A stretch of 34,438 nucleotides of DNA. Origin: a virus. Its lineage: Duplodnaviria > Caudoviricetes. Positions within the stretch are counted from its first letter, which is position 1, and each line of letters starts with the position of its first letter. Positions 1 to 9,118 of this stretch are shown here, in pieces. Both the position numbers and the translations under genes were made by a program. The notes beneath the pieces are model-generated. The model saw only the letters and a list, made by a program, of their open reading frames with translations, made no database searches and was not told the origin of the DNA. Location: positions 1 through 34,438 of IMG/VR virus record IMGVR_UViG_3300020045_003719; one strand, written 5' to 3'.

Positions 1-121
1 ACCATCGAACTTCAAACAAACTCTAATGGGAAACAGTGGCTGGATGACACCAACCGATGTAAATGAGGTGTTATGTAAGATACCAAACAAATATATTATT
101 TACAAACCAAATACCAAAGAA
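1..121. repeat. Terminal direct repeat copy 1 (circular assembly overlap)
   Basis: 1-121 is identical to 34318-34438; it lies inside the primase-helicase ORF, which is in frame across the junction. Confidence 0.97.
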
Positions 122-1135
122 GGTGATGTAAAGACAGAACATGGGAAAGATGCAATTAATGTATATCGTGCGCCAGAGTTTCCTTCATGTAAAAAGAAAA
201 AGATTCCAAAACCAATTGATATGATCTTAACCAATCTGTTTCTAACACAACCAGAAGCACGTGAAGAGTTCGTCAACTGGATGGCATACATTGTTCAAAC
301 AGGAAACAGAACTGGTGTTGCTTGGGGTTTTATTGGAGCTTCGGGATCTGGTAAGACAGCAATGACAACGGCATTCGGTCACGTACTAGGTTTACGTAAT
401 GTTACACTTAATGTCGGTGATGCTTCATTACAGAGTTCATTTAATCCATATGCATATAATAAACAGCTGGTACATCTTAATGAAGTTGCAAGTGACTTTC
501 ATGGTCGTCATGGTGTTGCAGGAAAGCTCAAAGCATTAGTGACTGATGATTACCTTCAAATCAACCAAAAAGGTATTCCTGAACTTACTGTTGCAAATTA
601 CTGTAATGTTATTTTGAATAGTAACAAAGCAGATCCAATTGAACTTGATGGTGATGATAGAAGATGGAATGTGATTAGAAGTATGCGAAATATTAAAGAT
701 GTTGTGGGCTGGAAACCATTTAAGATGATGACAGTTATCCCACAACTTAGGAACTATTTAATGAATTATAAAGTAGATGCTAAGAAGGCTGTATCTATTA
801 TGGAATTGTCATTAGATAAAAAATCTGTTCAAGATAAGACCGCATCAACTGGTCAACTGTTGGCTCGTGCTGTGATCAACAGCGATAGTGATAAGATCAT
901 AGATATGTGTAATATTAGTGATGATGATGTTTTACTAAAACCAATTAAAGAATCATGTAAAACTAACTTATGGTCAAATCAATTATTAATTGAACTTTAC
1001 ACAAAAGCCTCAGGAAAACATAATACAACATGGGCTGATATGTCCAAGCAAGTACTAGCACATATTCCTAATAAAGTTAGTAAAAACAACATCAATATGC
1101 ACAACGGTAGTCGTGGTAGAGGTTGGAAGATATGA
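1..1135 (+). CDS. Primase-helicase, 3' part (SF3 / D5-like helicase domain); full gene is 33341..34317 joined to 1..1135, 703 aa
   Basis: Walker A GASGSGKT, Walker B-like LVHLNE, motif C ILNSN, DDRRW; the copy of ATG 26 at 34343 is in frame with ATG 33341. Confidence 0.9.
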   Translation, partial: PSNFKQTLMGNSGWMTPTDVNEVLCKIPNKYIIYKPNTKEGDVKTEHGKDAINVYRAPEFPSCKKKKIPKPIDMILTNLFLTQPEAREEFVNWMAYIVQTGNRTGVAWGFIGASGSGKTAMTTAFGHVLGLRNVTLNVGDASLQSSFNPYAYNKQLVHLNEVASDFHGRHGVAGKLKALVTDDYLQINQKGIPELTVANYCNVILNSNKADPIELDGDDRRWNVIRSMRNIKDVVGWKPFKMMTVIPQLRNYLMNYKVDAKKAVSIMELSLDKKSVQDKTASTGQLLARAVINSDSDKIIDMCNISDDDVLLKPIKESCKTNLWSNQLLIELYTKASGKHNTTWADMSKQVLAHIPNKVSKNNINMHNGSRGRGWKI

Positions 1136-1338
1136 GAAATATATCAAAGGAAACAAGGGAATTTTGGTTGAATCAGAAGTATGTTTTAGGTCATTTTGTT
1201 GAAAAAAAGGGTAAACATAATCTAAAATTGACACCGGCTATGTTAATTGATGATGTGATCATAAAAAACAAAGGTGCCGATTCGGTTATTCTAAAAAATA
1301 TTGTTGACTTGGATAAGTTTATAAACGAGAACGTCTAA
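1132..1338 (+). CDS. Hypothetical protein (68 aa)
   Basis: ATG overlaps the primase stop (ATGA), consistent with translational coupling. Confidence 0.65.
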   Translation: MRNISKETREFWLNQKYVLGHFVEKKGKHNLKLTPAMLIDDVIIKNKGADSVILKNIVDLDKFINENV

Positions 1339-1343
1339 ATAAT

Positions 1344-1612
1344 TGATACACCCGTTAGACACTAAAATTGACAGGGTGTATCATATTATAGCTACCGTGA
1401 AATCGAACTTTTATACACTTATACACTTTGATACACTTTTTAAATTGACTATATAGGAAAAGAAAAGTATAAAAAATACATAAAAACTCTCTCTATATAT
1501 AGGCTTTTTAGTGGCGGTGTATCGTGTATAAGTGTATTATTTGTTCTGTATCTACCATGAATGCGAGGTTTGTGAGTGATACGCCACTTAAAAAATGGTG
1601 GATCAGGTGTAT
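1344..1612. other. Candidate replication origin: oppositely oriented ATACAC/GTGTAT iterons around an AT-rich core
   Basis: ATACAC at 1346, 1413, 1421, 1431; GTGTAT at 1376, 1517, 1524, 1532, 1607; non-coding and just downstream of the primase-helicase. Confidence 0.6.
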
Positions 1613-1621
1613 TATGTTCTG

Positions 1622-1684
1622 AAAATGAAGCCCACGGTTGGAAAATTGACAAAAATGAAGCCCACGGTTGGAAAATTGACAAAA
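1622..1684. repeat. 30-bp perfect tandem duplication (AAAATGAAGCCCACGGTTGGAAAATTGACA x2)
   Basis: Copies at 1622-1651 and 1652-1681. Confidence 0.95.
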
Positions 1685-1704
1685 TATAACGAATGAAGTA
1701 GAAT
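1676..1704 (+). promoter_or_regulatory. Sigma70-type promoter for the terminase/late operon
   Basis: TTGACA (1676-1681), 17-nt spacer, TAGAAT (1699-1704), then AAGGA RBS and ATG 1722. Confidence 0.8.
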
Positions 1705-1721
1705 TATACAAAGGATTTGAC

Positions 1722-2156
1722 ATGAAAGAATTGAACGGACGGCAAACTAGGTTTTGCGAGATATATGCGGAGGAAGCAAACGGATCAAGAGCGGTTAGAC
1801 TGGCTGGTTACACTGGAACGGCTGCAAATGTTAAGGCGTCACAGCTGTTAACAAAGCCTAACATTCAAGCCAAAATAGCGGAATTACGGGAAGATACGTC
1901 GATTAGAACACGAACAGACATTGACACTGTACGCAACAAATGGGTTCAAATTTATGAACGTTGTATGCAGGGTGAAGCTTTTATGAAATACGACAAAGAG
2001 CTTGGTAAATTTGTGGAAACTGGAATGTGGAAGTTCGACTCAGCAGGAGCTGCAAAAGCTTTAGAGAATATTTCAAAGCTGAACGGACACTACGAGAAAG
2101 ATAATTTACAAAAGCAATCACACATCACAATGGAGCTGAACTATGGATCAAAGTAA
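1722..2156 (+). CDS. terS: Terminase small subunit
   Basis: LNGRQTRFCEIY..NGSRAVRLAGY..ASQLLTKPNIQAKI matches the typical TerS N-terminal HTH pattern; upstream of TerL. Confidence 0.9.
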   Translation: MKELNGRQTRFCEIYAEEANGSRAVRLAGYTGTAANVKASQLLTKPNIQAKIAELREDTSIRTRTDIDTVRNKWVQIYERCMQGEAFMKYDKELGKFVETGMWKFDSAGAAKALENISKLNGHYEKDNLQKQSHITMELNYGSK

Positions 2157-2448
2157 AAACAAAAAACTGGCAAGAGTTATTAAGCATCTTGGTTTTAACT
2201 GTACAAATTTGAATTCTGCATCACCAACCATCAAGTTATACCCTCACACAATCAAAATAAGAGGTGTTGACGCCACGAACTCTGAAAAAGAATACCTGAG
2301 GTTAGGTCAAGATACTTTGTACGTTGTAGGTGCTGTGAGTGAAATTGAAAAAACTTTAATTCCCTTTCATAAAGCGTTGATTAATGACATGAAACTTGAT
2401 GTAATTTTGGATTTAGAAACGCTGACAATAAAATCGAGGGTATTATGA
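2143..2448 (+). CDS. Hypothetical protein
   Basis: GGAG RBS; overlaps terS stop and next start. Confidence 0.7.
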   Translation: MDQSKNKKLARVIKHLGFNCTNLNSASPTIKLYPHTIKIRGVDATNSEKEYLRLGQDTLYVVGAVSEIEKTLIPFHKALINDMKLDVILDLETLTIKSRVL

Positions 2449-2801
2449 GTGAGTTAGAAATAAATTACAACTATGATCCGTATATGCAAGTGCGTATGGA
2501 TTGGTTGAGGGAGCAAGAACATCAAAGAGGAATTAAAGTTGTTAAGTTTGACGGTGATCTTACTATAGATTTTCTGAGAGTGATTAAACGAATAGTATTA
2601 CTCAATCAGATGGATGCATCGTGTATTGACAGAACAAGGGGTTATGAAGCAGATTCAACATTGTTTGTGTTGGTTGAAAACAATTACATGATGATAAAAG
2701 CACTTGATAACATAAACGACTTCTTTCTTACAAGAGATTATGACATTAGCACATATCGACACAAATACCAAATTATAATCAATCGACACCCACATGGCTG
2801 A
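2445..2801 (+). CDS. Hypothetical protein
   Basis: GAGG RBS; ATGA coupling; fills the gap to terL. Confidence 0.7.
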   Translation: MSELEINYNYDPYMQVRMDWLREQEHQRGIKVVKFDGDLTIDFLRVIKRIVLLNQMDASCIDRTRGYEADSTLFVLVENNYMMIKALDNINDFFLTRDYDISTYRHKYQIIINRHPHG

Positions 2802-4209
2802 TAAAATTAAGATTGTTTATACCGCAGCACCGACAGCACAAAAATTCCACGCCTCAGACGCATTCGTAAAGGCGATCATGGGTGCAATTGGTTCAGGCAA
2901 GTCAGTATCGTGTTGTGCTGAGATATTACGACTAGCACACCTGCAAGAGCCAAACAAGCAAGGACTGAGAGTTACAAGAGGTGCGATCATTAGGAACACA
3001 GTCAAAGAGCTTAAAAACACTACAATCAAAACATTTCTGGATTGGTTTGGTCATCTTGGTGTTATGAAGTGGACTGACTTGGTTTTTGAAATGACTGTGA
3101 ATGATGTTCGTTGTGAGATCTTATTCCTTGGACTTGACAGACCTGATCAGTTGAAAGCACTTCTTTCGTTGGAATTATCATGGGCTTGGATTAATGAGGC
3201 AAGAGAAATAAATGAAGATACAGCACAGATGGTTACCTCACGATTAGGTCGTTTCCCTGCAAAGAAAGACGGTGTAGCTTGTACTAAGCCGACATTGATA
3301 ATGGATACCAACCCACCTGACATGGATCACTGGTGGTTTAGAATCTTCGAACTTGAACGACCTGAGGGATGGAAACTATTTAAACAACCATCACCACTGT
3401 TAGCTGATGGTACATTCAATCCATTAGGTGAGAATCTTGAAAACTTACCAGATGGATATTACACAACGCTTATGATTGGTAAATCTTTAGATTGGTTGAG
3501 GGTGTATCGTGATGGACAATATGGATTTGTACAAGATGGAAAACCTGTTTATCCTGAATATAATGATAACCTACACTGCATTGATGAATATATACCTGAT
3601 CCAAGTAAACCATTAATTTGTGGTGGTGATAACGGTCGAACCTCAGCTGTTCCGATTGGTCAGATTGATGGATACGGTAGGCTTGTGTTTTTTGATGAAA
3701 TGGTATCCGATGATATTGGAACAGCTGAGTTTGGTCAATTGGTGCTTGAATATATGCAACGTGAATATGCATCATTTAAAAATACAATCTGGCTTGATCC
3801 AGCAGCAGGTCACAGAAATCAAGTAACAGATCATATTCAATTCAAAGTATGGCAGGATCTGGGATTACCTGTACGACTAGCACCAACAAATAAACCAACA
3901 ATAATCATTGAAGCTGTTAAGAAGATGCTGAACACTTTGCGTGGTGGTTTGCCTTCGTTGTTAGTTACACCAAAAGCTGCTCAATTACGTAAAGGTTTAG
4001 CTGGTGGTTATAAATACCGTAGAATTATGACTTCTGGAAATATGTTTACAGATGAACCTGCTAAGAATAAATACTCACACGTCTGTGATGCCGCTGGTTA
4101 TGCTGTAAATGGTTTGGGTATGGGTAAAGAGTTGATGGGTAATAGTAAGTTCAAAGAATTGGCACAAAGCGGTAAGAAGTTTAGTGGTGGAAAAGGATTT
4201 AAAAGATGA
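2794..4209 (+). CDS. terL: Terminase large subunit
   Basis: Walker A MGAIGSGKS, Walker B WINEARE, coupling motif MDTNPP, C-terminal nuclease acidic motifs (GGDNG, WLDPA, HVCDA). Confidence 0.95.
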   Translation: MADKIKIVYTAAPTAQKFHASDAFVKAIMGAIGSGKSVSCCAEILRLAHLQEPNKQGLRVTRGAIIRNTVKELKNTTIKTFLDWFGHLGVMKWTDLVFEMTVNDVRCEILFLGLDRPDQLKALLSLELSWAWINEAREINEDTAQMVTSRLGRFPAKKDGVACTKPTLIMDTNPPDMDHWWFRIFELERPEGWKLFKQPSPLLADGTFNPLGENLENLPDGYYTTLMIGKSLDWLRVYRDGQYGFVQDGKPVYPEYNDNLHCIDEYIPDPSKPLICGGDNGRTSAVPIGQIDGYGRLVFFDEMVSDDIGTAEFGQLVLEYMQREYASFKNTIWLDPAAGHRNQVTDHIQFKVWQDLGLPVRLAPTNKPTIIIEAVKKMLNTLRGGLPSLLVTPKAAQLRKGLAGGYKYRRIMTSGNMFTDEPAKNKYSHVCDAAGYAVNGLGMGKELMGNSKFKELAQSGKKFSGGKGFKR

Positions 4210-4622
4210 CAAGTAAAGAGGATTTAGACTATATAGTTGAAGCTGCTGAGCGTTTTTATAAAGAAGCAGGTTTTGTCTATCCAGATGATATTCGTGCATA
4301 TTACGAATCACTCAATCAAAACCCAATGATATTCACAGTTGTTGAACGTGGAAGAGGTTTTATTGTTGGTTTTGTTGCACCTTCATTCTTAGAGCCAACA
4401 ATGTTACAATGTTCGGAATTGGCATGGTATGTTGAGCCTGAGCATCGAGGTACAAGTGTTGCAATCAAGTTGATGAAGAAGTACGAGGCGTACGCAAAAG
4501 CCAAAGGCTGTAATTATATTACGATGGTATGCCTTGAATCATTATCACCTGAAAGTGTTGAAAAGATTTATCATAAATTAGGTTATAATACTTTAGAACA
4601 TCATTATCGAAAGGAAATATAA
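4206..4622 (+). CDS. GNAT-family acetyltransferase-like protein
   Basis: ELAWYVEPEHRGTSVAIKLM (acetyl-CoA binding motif A) and IYHKLGY (motif B). Confidence 0.85.
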   Translation: MTSKEDLDYIVEAAERFYKEAGFVYPDDIRAYYESLNQNPMIFTVVERGRGFIVGFVAPSFLEPTMLQCSELAWYVEPEHRGTSVAIKLMKKYEAYAKAKGCNYITMVCLESLSPESVEKIYHKLGYNTLEHHYRKEI

Positions 4623-4933
4623 TGGCGGCAATATCAACAATCGCCCTGAGTGTTGCAGCTCTTGCAGCTGCTGCATCTGCAAAAGTATCCCATGACACAG
4701 CTAAAAAACAAAAGCGAGAAGCAGATGCTGAGCAACAAAGACAAGCAAAGCTTGAAGCAAAGGCTGCTGAACAAGAAAGAGCACAAGCATCTATCCAAGA
4801 ACAGGAAGGATTGGTTGTTGGTGCTGATAGTGCAAGGGCTAAGGCTGAAAAGGCAAGACGAGCATCATTAACAGGTAGCTCATTGTTGACTGGTGGTGAC
4901 ACTGGTTTAATGAAAACAAAATTAGGGAGTTGA
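4622..4933 (+). CDS. Small virion structural/assembly protein
   Basis: Ala-rich N-terminus, coiled coil, C-terminal SLLTGG..G..KTKLG typical of pre-portal virion proteins in podoviruses. Confidence 0.6.
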   Translation: MAAISTIALSVAALAAAASAKVSHDTAKKQKREADAEQQRQAKLEAKAAEQERAQASIQEQEGLVVGADSARAKAEKARRASLTGSSLLTGGDTGLMKTKLGS

Positions 4934-4935
4934 TT

Positions 4936-5529
4936 ATGAAAGTTTCAGTAAGTTCAAAAGTAAATATTATTTGTATTGGTTGTGGTGCATCAACAGTTTT
5001 TTCACCAGATAAAGTGTATAACCTTGGGAAAGACATTATGTGTAATTGTCACAACAATGTAGTTGATTTAACACCATATACAAAAGAGTTGATCGAATCG
5101 GATCTTGAAGCAATGATTGTTGGTTTACACAATGGTGCTGATGTTGAAGACTTCACACTTGAATCACAACTTAGATATGCTCAATACATGGTTATTTCGT
5201 TTGATGAAGCAATTGCTGATGGTGTTCCGATGGACGTTGAGGACACAAGAAGTTATGCAGCATTTAAAAAGCTATTGGCTGATAATGATATGACAATCTC
5301 AACAGTTCCTGCTGAACCAATCATTACAGAACCTGAATTATCGTCAACAGATGTTGAATTTATAAGTGCTTTGTCAAATGATCTTGAAGCTATGGAAAAG
5401 AAAGAACTTAAGGGCATTGCTGAACAGTTAGGTGTTGAGGTTCCAAGTAAATCAACAAATGCAGCAATCATTGAGTTGATCTTAGCACAACCAGTTACAG
5501 AACTTGCATCAATAGTTCTTGGAGATTAA
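4936..5529 (+). CDS. Hypothetical protein with N-terminal Cys cluster and C-terminal Rho-N/SAP-like helix-extension-helix
   Basis: CIGC...CNC; LEAMEKKELKGIAEQLGVEVPSKSTNAAIIELIL; GGGAG RBS before ATG 4936. Confidence 0.65.
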   Translation: MKVSVSSKVNIICIGCGASTVFSPDKVYNLGKDIMCNCHNNVVDLTPYTKELIESDLEAMIVGLHNGADVEDFTLESQLRYAQYMVISFDEAIADGVPMDVEDTRSYAAFKKLLADNDMTISTVPAEPIITEPELSSTDVEFISALSNDLEAMEKKELKGIAEQLGVEVPSKSTNAAIIELILAQPVTELASIVLGD

Positions 5530-5530
5530 T

Positions 5531-7075
5531 ATGTCTGACTTCGGCAAATATATTAAAAAGTATAGCCGTGCAAAAGCTGAGAAAGATGGATTACTAAGTA
5601 GGCTGAAAGAAGCTTACAGGTATTCCCTTCCAGCAGCTGATGTTGACGGTAGTATGAATTCAAACTTCAATGAAGCGCCAGAGATTTATGATGATACGGC
5701 TGTGTTAGCACTTCAAAAGTTCGCAAATAAGATGCAAACACAATTGACACCTGCTTGGAAAACTTGGGCTGTTCTTGAAGCAGGATCTGATGTTTCAAAA
5801 GATGACAAAGAGGAAATCAATAAAAAGCTTGAAGACGTGACTGAGATTATCTTTGACCACATTCACCATTCTAATTTTGTATCTGCATCACATGAAAGTC
5901 ATATGGATCTTGGAATCTCAACAGGTGCGTTGATTTGTGAGAAAGGTGATGGTATAAGTTCATCGTTACGTTTCAGATCAATTCCAATGCTTGAATTAAT
6001 ACCTGCTAAATCACATGACGGTACTACTAAAACGTGTTTTCGTGAATTTATAATGAGAGTGCATGAAATCAATGAGTTATACCCAACTGCAAAGTTGACA
6101 CAGGCACTACAACAAGCTTTAACTGACAAGTCAGAAGCAAACATCACACTCATTGAAGGTGTTGTTCATGATGAAAAGAAGAACCAATACAATCACATAT
6201 TACTTTATAAAGGCGAAGAGGCTGTATTAATGGATATTACATTAGATTCTAGCCCTTATATCATTTATAGGGAACAAGTATCAGCAGGTAGAGCGATGGG
6301 ATACGGTAGAATCCTACAACTTTTACCAAGTGTTATTAAATTAAATGCATTAAGTTACTATGAAGATGCTGCTGTTATAGCTGCTGCAACAGGTTCATAT
6401 ACAATTCGTGATGATGGTGTTATGAATCCAGATAATATTCGTATATCAGATCCTTTTTCACTCATTTTGGTTGAATCAAATGACAGTGGAAATCCATCAA
6501 TCAGACCACTTGACACGTCTGCAAGGTTTGATGTTACTGATGTTAAGATTAAAGAGTTACAGGACAAAATCAATCAAACAATGACAGCTCAAAGTTTTGG
6601 TAATATTGAACAAACACCTGTAAGATCTGCAACTGAAATGAGTATCAGAAATGCTGAAATGTTACAGAACACTCAATCAGCTATGGGAAGATTACAGACA
6701 GAGTTTCTTGAAACATTACTTGCAAGAATTGTTTATGTATTAGGTGAAGCAGGTAAAATTCCGAAACTGAGAGTTAACGGAAAAGAATTAACAATCAAGT
6801 TCACAAGTCCAGCTGCAAGAATCCAAGACGCGGAAGAATTGGCTGCATTACAAGAGTTTAGAATGTATATGGAAAGTATGCCTCCTGAATTAGTTGCTGC
6901 CAAGTTTAAAATCGAAGAAATGCCAAAGTATGTCGCTGAACGAACAGGATTACCTGCATCAATGATCAGAACAAAAGCAGAAGAAGATAAGGCTGTCGCA
7001 GGTATGCAACAAGCGTCTGTTCAAGGTCAACAAGCACAAACAGATGCAAGTATCCCAACACAACCACAAGGGTGA
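5531..7075 (+). CDS. Portal (head-tail connector) protein
   Basis: IYDDTA..ALQKFA, HSNF..SHESHMDL..GTGAL-like segment, RSATEM, MGRLQTEFL; about 510 aa; GGAG RBS before ATG 5531. Confidence 0.92.
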   Translation: MSDFGKYIKKYSRAKAEKDGLLSRLKEAYRYSLPAADVDGSMNSNFNEAPEIYDDTAVLALQKFANKMQTQLTPAWKTWAVLEAGSDVSKDDKEEINKKLEDVTEIIFDHIHHSNFVSASHESHMDLGISTGALICEKGDGISSSLRFRSIPMLELIPAKSHDGTTKTCFREFIMRVHEINELYPTAKLTQALQQALTDKSEANITLIEGVVHDEKKNQYNHILLYKGEEAVLMDITLDSSPYIIYREQVSAGRAMGYGRILQLLPSVIKLNALSYYEDAAVIAAATGSYTIRDDGVMNPDNIRISDPFSLILVESNDSGNPSIRPLDTSARFDVTDVKIKELQDKINQTMTAQSFGNIEQTPVRSATEMSIRNAEMLQNTQSAMGRLQTEFLETLLARIVYVLGEAGKIPKLRVNGKELTIKFTSPAARIQDAEELAALQEFRMYMESMPPELVAAKFKIEEMPKYVAERTGLPASMIRTKAEEDKAVAGMQQASVQGQQAQTDASIPTQPQG

Positions 7076-7078
7076 TGA

Positions 7079-7357
7079 ATGAGTACTTTACACGATAAGA
7101 TTGAAGAATCAAAACAAGCCAACAAGGATGTACTTGATAATCAGGTGAAAAAAAGAGAACAAAGAGCCTTATTATACAAAAATGTTTTTGAAACAGATGA
7201 CGGAAAAAAGGTACTAGATGAATTGACAGCTGCATATATTGATCCAATTGTGTCAGGTAGGACAGAGTTCGGTGAAGTCATGTACATTGAAGGTCAAGCG
7301 TCAGTTATTAAAGCAATTAAAATTATAATCAATGGAGTTAAAAATGAAAAAAATTAG
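7079..7357 (+). CDS. Bbp19-like small protein
   Basis: YKNVFETDDGKKVLDEL...EGQASVI pattern; located between portal and scaffold. Confidence 0.75.
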   Translation: MSTLHDKIEESKQANKDVLDNQVKKREQRALLYKNVFETDDGKKVLDELTAAYIDPIVSGRTEFGEVMYIEGQASVIKAIKIIINGVKNEKN

Positions 7358-8135
7358 TGTATTAGGATTACTTTTAAGTTTAGGTTTATTCGGTTTATTC
7401 GCCGACGGTGGTGATGGAGCAGGTGGTGGTGAAGGTGATGGAGCAGGTGAAGGGAATCCAGAACCTAAGTTTGGTGAAGAAGGTTACAAGTATGCTAGTA
7501 AATATGTTTCAGTTGAGGATCTTGAAAAGGGTTATGTTGAGCAACAAAGTCATTTTAATACCAAGTTAACAGAAGCCAATGAGAAATTCGGAGCTTTCAA
7601 AGGTGCACCAGAAGGTGACTACGAACCAATTAAAGACGCTGATGGTAATGAACTTGAAGGTTTCTCACCTGACGTTATGTCTGAACTTCAAGCTTGGGGA
7701 AAAGAAAATGGACTTTCACAAGATAAGTATGAGGACGTTATCACAAGATTGAAAACAAAATTAGATCAAAGTAACCAAGCATTTATACAAGAGGAATTGA
7801 AAAAGCTAGGTAAAGATGCAGACATTAGAATCAAAAATATTAACGATGCGTGGGTTGCACAGTTTGGTGAAGATTCTAAAGATATGATGAACGGTAAAAT
7901 TGTAACTGCTACAGATGCTGAGTTCTATGAATCAATAATTGAAAAACTTGGCGGTCAACAAGTAAATCCAGACGGAACAAAATCAACATTCGGCGCAGAA
8001 AGAATCACGTACGACACGTTAAGCGCTACGATGTTTGCAAAGACAGACAGCGGTCAAAGAAAAACATTAGTTGATCCAGAATATGCAGCTAAGGTTGAAG
8101 ATATGATCAAACAGTACAACAAGCAAAAGAGATAG
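7344..8135 (+). CDS. Capsid scaffolding protein
   Basis: Gly/acidic N-terminus, KY.SVEDLEKGY, GAPEGDY, GLSQD, helical; position after portal; GGAG RBS before ATG 7344. Confidence 0.8.
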   Translation: MKKISVLGLLLSLGLFGLFADGGDGAGGGEGDGAGEGNPEPKFGEEGYKYASKYVSVEDLEKGYVEQQSHFNTKLTEANEKFGAFKGAPEGDYEPIKDADGNELEGFSPDVMSELQAWGKENGLSQDKYEDVITRLKTKLDQSNQAFIQEELKKLGKDADIRIKNINDAWVAQFGEDSKDMMNGKIVTATDAEFYESIIEKLGGQQVNPDGTKSTFGAERITYDTLSATMFAKTDSGQRKTLVDPEYAAKVEDMIKQYNKQKR

Positions 8136-8137
8136 TT

Positions 8138-9043
8138 ATGAGGACGTTAACGTTGTTGTTTTTGATTGTCTGTTCAATGTGTGGTGTTGATGAAATTCAA
8201 GCCTTAAACGACAGAAGTGATGGTCATAAAATCAATATTAAGTTACCAGATAACGGGGACGGCACGAACAGTTATAGTGTCAGCCTTGCTGGTGTTGCTG
8301 TTAGTGAAAATACCCTTGACGTCCATGTCAAAGAAATCCACACAAACATGATCAATTCAACGATGCATTTTGAAACAACAACAGCAACAACATTCGCAAC
8401 AAATGTAACGGCTCAATCAAGATCATTTACAGTCGTTAGTGCTACAGGTTTTTCGATTGGTGATCATATTCAGATTGAAGATGGGATTGTCGAAACGAAT
8501 TTTCCCACAATCACAAATGTTGTTGGAAATGTAATTACAATTAATAGACCGATAGACAGAAGTTATACAACAAGTGACGGTATTCGTAAAATACTTGTAA
8601 ACATGGCTGTTGATGGTAGTGTAACACCCGTTTCTTTTAAGATAATGGCTGAGCAGTCAACATCATTGATACACATTACCAGATTATTGTTCAATATGAG
8701 CCATTCAACAGCAGGTGACATGGGAACTTTTGGGAATTTAGCACCATTGAATAGGGGTGTTTTATTTCGAGCGTTCTATAAGCGAATAAACACATATAAG
8801 ACAGTGGCTATCTGGAAAACAAACGCTGATATTGCCATTGACATGGGTTCTGTTATCTTTGACACACGAAGCAGTGGGGGCGGAACATACGGTACATCAG
8901 GAGTATGGTCACTATCAAGTGTAGGTATTGTGGCAGAACTTGATCCAACAGAGTCACCTGACTTTTTAGAGTTCTTAATACAAGATAATCTGAGTTCTAT
9001 GATCTCATTCACGTGTAACTTCCAAGGATACAGTGAAGATTAA
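8138..9043 (+). CDS. Beta-rich hypothetical protein with hydrophobic N-terminus, inserted between scaffold and capsid
   Basis: 301-aa ORF; MRTLTLLFLIVCSMCG leader; Thr/Ser/Val-rich (SFTVVSATGFSIGDHIQI). Confidence 0.7.
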   Translation: MRTLTLLFLIVCSMCGVDEIQALNDRSDGHKINIKLPDNGDGTNSYSVSLAGVAVSENTLDVHVKEIHTNMINSTMHFETTTATTFATNVTAQSRSFTVVSATGFSIGDHIQIEDGIVETNFPTITNVVGNVITINRPIDRSYTTSDGIRKILVNMAVDGSVTPVSFKIMAEQSTSLIHITRLLFNMSHSTAGDMGTFGNLAPLNRGVLFRAFYKRINTYKTVAIWKTNADIAIDMGSVIFDTRSSGGGTYGTSGVWSLSSVGIVAELDPTESPDFLEFLIQDNLSSMISFTCNFQGYSED

Positions 9044-9056
9044 CGCTGGTTACCTA

Positions 9057-9085
9057 TTGCATTTTAATAAATAAATTGTTACAAT
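9057..9085 (+). promoter_or_regulatory. Sigma70-type promoter for the major capsid gene
   Basis: TTGCAT (9057-9062), 17-nt spacer, extended -10 TGnTACAAT (hexamer 9080-9085). Confidence 0.75.
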
Positions 9086-9118
9086 GTGACATTAATTTAT
9101 TTTGAAACTAACAAACAC

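Noticed and set aside
1622-1684. Mini CRISPR array
   Set aside because: The repeats are directly adjacent with no spacers; the same holds for 31928-32015
1449-1723. Minus-strand ORFs 1449..1682 and 1508..1723
   Set aside because: They are by-products of the tandem repeat and origin region, with no clear RBS, and run antisense to the late promoter
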